From assembly GCA_945877855.1 (NCBI GenBank), contig CAMDWA010000028.1:1-36367 (forward strand): a DNA stretch of 36,367 nt, given 5' to 3'. Under the pieces are notes generated by a model. That model did no database searches. It saw nothing but the letters and a program-made list of their open reading frames with translations, and had not been told where the DNA came from. This DNA comes from Thermoflexus hugenholtzii JAD2. GTDB taxonomy: Bacteria; Chloroflexota; Anaerolineae; J036; Brachytrichaceae. A program made the position numbers and the translations under genes. Positions 33,413 through 36,367 of the stretch are shown in pieces. Position 1 is the stretch's first letter. Each line of letters opens with the position of its first letter.

Positions 33413-34707
33413 ACTGCGACCTCATCATCCACTCCGCCGCCCAACTCGTTACCTGCGCCAGCGCCAATAACGGCCCCAAACGCGGCCATGACATGCGCGA
33501 CGTTGGCGACATCGCCAATGGCAATCATTTGCCCGCCGCCATCGCCATTAGCGATGGGCAAATTATTGCCATTGGCCCAAGTGACGATATTTGTGCCGAC
33601 TATCAGGCAAAGCACAGCATCGATGCCAGCGGCAAAACCATTTGCCCGGGGTTGATCGACCCCCATACTCACCTCATTTACGCTGGCGACCGCGTGGCCG
33701 AATGGGAGATGAAACTGCGTGGTGTCGCCTACTTAGAAATTTTGGCCGCGGGCGGCGGCATCGTCAGCACCATGCGGGCCACACGGGCTGCCGGGATAGC
33801 CGCGCTGGTGGCGCAAGCAAAGCCGCGCCTCGACACGCTGATGCGTAATGGTGTCACCACTTGCGAGATCAAAACCGGTTATGGCCTCAGCCTCGAGGCC
33901 GAATTAGCCATGTTACAAGCCATTGAACAACTGGCACAAACCCACCCATGCGATGTGCTTTTAACATTACTCGCCGCCCATACCACCCCACCCGAATTTA
34001 AAACCGACCCAAATGGCTATGTCGATTTGGTGGTTGAGCAAATCATTCCCCAAGCCGCCGCATGGTTTAATCAAAACGCCCGTGCCAACCACGCTACACC
34101 CATGGCATGTGATGTATTTTGCGAAAATCACGCCTTTGATGTGGCGCAAGCACGGCGAATATTAATGGCAGGCAAACAACATGGCCTCACACCTAAAATC
34201 CACGTCGATCAATTTACCTCATTGGGCGGGGTCGAGATGGCGCTTGAGGTCGGCGCGTTATCGTGCGATCATTTAGATGTGACCACAGCCGACGATCGGG
34301 CGCGGCTAGCGCAATCATCGGCTGTAGCAGTGGTGTTACCCGCGGTCACATTTCATCTTGGCAGCCACCAATTTGCCAACGCCCGTGCTTTTATTGATGA
34401 TGGCTGTGCACTCGCGCTCAGCACCGACCATAACCCCGGCTCGGCCCCGTGTTTGTCGCCTGCGCTCACCATGTCGATCGCATGTCGTTACCAGAAACTC
34501 AACCCTGCCGAAGCGCTCAACGCTTGCACCATCAACGCCGCCCATGCACTTGGCATCGGCAACAAAGTTGGCTCGCTCGAAATCGGCAAACAAGCCGATA
34601 TCATTATCATCAACGCGCCCGACTATCGCCACTTAGCCTATCAATTTGGGGGCAATTTGGTGCAATATGTTATTAAAAATGGGGCAGTAGCAATGGTTAA
34701 TGGTTAA
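33409..34707 (+). CDS. hutI: Imidazolonepropionase
   Basis: Amidohydrolase fold with GLIDPHTHL, KIHVDQF and the metal-ligand pattern typical of HutI. Start taken at MNCDL, overlapping the upstream stop; the track ORF starts at 33385. Confidence 0.85.
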   Translation: MNCDLIIHSAAQLVTCASANNGPKRGHDMRDVGDIANGNHLPAAIAISDGQIIAIGPSDDICADYQAKHSIDASGKTICPGLIDPHTHLIYAGDRVAEWEMKLRGVAYLEILAAGGGIVSTMRATRAAGIAALVAQAKPRLDTLMRNGVTTCEIKTGYGLSLEAELAMLQAIEQLAQTHPCDVLLTLLAAHTTPPEFKTDPNGYVDLVVEQIIPQAAAWFNQNARANHATPMACDVFCENHAFDVAQARRILMAGKQHGLTPKIHVDQFTSLGGVEMALEVGALSCDHLDVTTADDRARLAQSSAVAVVLPAVTFHLGSHQFANARAFIDDGCALALSTDHNPGSAPCLSPALTMSIACRYQKLNPAEALNACTINAAHALGIGNKVGSLEIGKQADIIIINAPDYRHLAYQFGGNLVQYVIKNGAVAMVNG

Positions 34708-34716
34708 TGAATTTAT

Positions 34717-34816
34717 TTTCGCCGAACTCACTATCACTTCGTGTTTGGAGAAGGCAAAGCCTTCTCCAAACACAAAGTGATAGTGAGTTCGGCATTACGT
34801 CTTTTATGGTCACCCC
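34717..34816. repeat. ~100-bp palindromic MITE-like element (family 2, copy 3)
   Basis: ttttcgccgaactcactatcacttcgtgtttggagaaggcaaagccttctccaaacacaaagtgatagtgagttcggcattacgtcttttatggtcacccc. Confidence 0.8.
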
Positions 34817-34836
34817 AAATTATTGGAAAAATACTA

Positions 34837-34873
34837 AAAAGCCTTGATTTCTGATCAAAATCAAGGCTTTTTT
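34837..34873. terminator. Bidirectional rho-independent terminator (stem aaaagccttgatt / aatcaaggctttt, with T/A tracts on both sides)
   Basis: Hairpin followed by TTTTTT on the + strand (hut operon side) and by TTTTT on the minus strand immediately 3' of the tRNA. Confidence 0.7.
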
Positions 34874-34876
34874 ATA

Positions 34877-34950
34877 CGCCCTCAGAGAGACTCGAACTCC
34901 CGACCTAGGCATTAGAAGGGCCGCGCTCTATCCACCTGAGCTATGAGGGC
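34877..34950 (-). tRNA. tRNA-Arg (anticodon TCT), no encoded CCA
   Basis: Minus-strand sequence GCCCTCATAGCTCAGGTGGATAGAGCGCGGCCCTTCTAATGCCTAGGTCGGGAGTTCGAGTCTCTCTGAGGGCG. Clover-leaf with a 7-bp acceptor stem, GCTC/GAGC D-stem, T-arm GGGAG-TTCGAGT-CTCTC and anticodon loop CTTCTAA. The anticodon stem has only 3 Watson-Crick pairs (C:U at 27:43 and 31:39). Confidence 0.7.
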
Positions 34951-34966
34951 AAGCGCATCGCGCCAA

Positions 34967-35386
34967 CTACACCATCATAATTGGCTTAATTCCATTATAC
35001 ACAACCCGTCCGCTGAGCTGAGTCAACACATCAGCCGAACGACGCCCCATCATGGCAGCTAACTCAATGGTGGTTAATGGCTTATTATTATTCACCAAAA
35101 AAATACGAAAGGCCGCCTCAAACACTGGGGTACGGGCGCTAATGAAATCTGGCGCCTTCGCCGATTCATCACGAATCATTTTGACGGCGGCGTTAACATG
35201 CTGCACCTCGCCGGTATCTTCGTCAATATAGTCATACGCAGTCGTATTCGGCGAATTACCCAACCGCTCCAATTGCTCGGCGGTTAGGTATTTTTGAATC
35301 AGCACATTCACATCTTGGCCCTTTTCATCGAACCAGTTGTAATCAATGTGAAATTTGGTTTGTTCGGTGGGACGAAAGAATTTCAT
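34967..35386 (-). CDS. Hypothetical protein (139 aa)
   Basis: Intact ORF with no recognisable motifs, located immediately beyond the tRNA. Confidence 0.35.
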   Translation of the reverse strand: MKFFRPTEQTKFHIDYNWFDEKGQDVNVLIQKYLTAEQLERLGNSPNTTAYDYIDEDTGEVQHVNAAVKMIRDESAKAPDFISARTPVFEAAFRIFLVNNNKPLTTIELAAMMGRRSADVLTQLSGRVVYNGIKPIMMV

Positions 35387-35394
35387 AATCGACT

Positions 35395-36367
35395 TTAATT
35401 ACGCTCGCTCAAATGCCAATAGTTATCACCAACAGGCAAAAAGGCTGGGTTATTGCACAAAGCATTAAACACATCACGCGGGGCAGTGCGAATTAATAAA
35501 TTGACCACCGCATACAACGTTCGGGCATGCACATTGCCTTGAGGGCTAAGTTTGGCAATTTCAGGGAATACCTCACGCACAATTTGTGCCACATCGCGGG
35601 TTTGCCCAACACGCACATTTTCAAACACCCGCAGGTCATCCGCATACAACGACATCAAATCATCGGCATCACATGTAGTGGCACGTTGTGCTGTATCAAG
35701 CCGCAAACGCCCATCACGGACACTCGCAACTCGCACCCAATCCCGCTTAGGTTTATGGCGCTTACCATCAATAATAAATACGTTGACATCTGGCCCGCGT
35801 GATATTTCGATTGTAGCGCCAACGGGCAAATCATTGGTCTTATACCAATCTGCCAATCCCCAAATATAATTGCCCTCTTTTACCAACCAAGCCGTAAACT
35901 GCTTATTATTCATCTTATCGCGCAAGAAAATAGGGATACGCGGCTTAGCCGTTTTAGGGAACACCGATGCCAAACGCCGCCCTAACCCCAAGGTGCCGGC
36001 ACGCCGATGTGGCGCAGTTAAAACAACCGTCGCTGAATTTTGCGGGGCAAGATTCCCTAGATGTTGGGTTGTGGATATATCCAGTTCGTCATCTAGCTCA
36101 ATCATCAATTGATCCAGTGGCGGCAATGGGTTATCTTTTGTTAAAACCTTGCCAACCAACGCCGATGGAAACTCACGCACTTGATCTGGCTCGAGCCGGC
36201 GCAAAAACCACGCTGGCTTATCGGTCAGGCTGACCTCATCAAAACGAGGGTCAGCGGCTAACACGGTGTTAAGTGACACTTCTTGCAATGAGCGAGCAAT
36301 TTCTTGCGGCAAACCAAGATCACGCAAAATAATGTGGGTAGGCAATGGCCCGCCCTCAGCCACTTCG
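35395..36367 (-). CDS. Hypothetical protein, 5'-partial (runs off the window edge)
   Basis: ORF is open to the window end with no recognisable motifs. 8-nt gap to the downstream ORF, so probably in an operon with it. Confidence 0.35.
   Translation of the reverse strand, partial: EVAEGGPLPTHIILRDLGLPQEIARSLQEVSLNTVLAADPRFDEVSLTDKPAWFLRRLEPDQVREFPSALVGKVLTKDNPLPPLDQLMIELDDELDISTTQHLGNLAPQNSATVVLTAPHRRAGTLGLGRRLASVFPKTAKPRIPIFLRDKMNNKQFTAWLVKEGNYIWGLADWYKTNDLPVGATIEISRGPDVNVFIIDGKRHKPKRDWVRVASVRDGRLRLDTAQRATTCDADDLMSLYADDLRVFENVRVGQTRDVAQIVREVFPEIAKLSPQGNVHARTLYAVVNLLIRTAPRDVFNALCNNPAFLPVGDNYWHLSERN

Noticed and set aside
35395-36363. YADD motif (LYADDLRVF) suggesting a reverse transcriptase that could serve the putative DGR VR
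   Set aside because: No other RT motifs (finger/palm motifs 1-4, PQG, and so on) are present and the overall sequence is unlike RTs, so the tetrapeptide is coincidental.

Overview
This 36.4-kb window is a bacterial chromosomal segment of about 55-58% GC, with short AT-rich patches. Codon usage (TTG/CAA/AAA with GCC/GGC/CGC), TAA as the dominant stop codon and a Gram-positive/Chloroflexi-type LexA box (CGAAC-N4-GTTCG) suggest a Chloroflexi-like (possibly Herpetosiphon-like) organism, held at low confidence. Housekeeping and metabolic genes present are rlmN, a GT-C membrane glycosyltransferase, a CMD-amidase pair, a flotillin-like SPFH protein, a two-GNAT MshD-like acetyltransferase, a tandem-PA14 secreted protein, a Tat flavin amine oxidase, uvrB, a NuoN/MnhD-like membrane protein, an ECF sigma/anti-sigma pair with an ABC-2 transporter, hutU and hutI, and a tRNA. 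The most notable accessory block (~12.8-18.5 kb, minus strand, partly lower GC) encodes a small protein, a retropepsin-like aspartic protease and a 956-aa EAD/NACHT/HEAT/FGE (SUMF1-like) STAND NTPase. The C-terminal 'RGGSW...GFRLV' segment of that NTPase has the codon signature of a diversity-generating-retroelement variable region and is followed by GC-rich hairpins. No reverse transcriptase or template repeat is visible in the window. Directly downstream of it lies a ~970-bp array of about 7 tandem ~131-bp units carrying two alternative palindromic hairpins with compensatory stems, and then a ppk2 gene interrupted by a single in-frame TGA. A second in-frame TGA splits a large LTD-FN3-TSP3-PPC secreted protein. 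The window is unusually rich in small repeat elements: four heptanucleotide tandem-repeat loci (one predicted to form a G-quadruplex, two quasi-palindromic), a REP-like hairpin family at gene 3' ends, three ~100-bp palindromic MITE-like elements around the hut genes, a 164-bp MITE with 18-bp TIRs and a 10-bp TSD, and two palindromic insertions lying in-frame inside coding sequences (rlmN and the glycosyltransferase gene).
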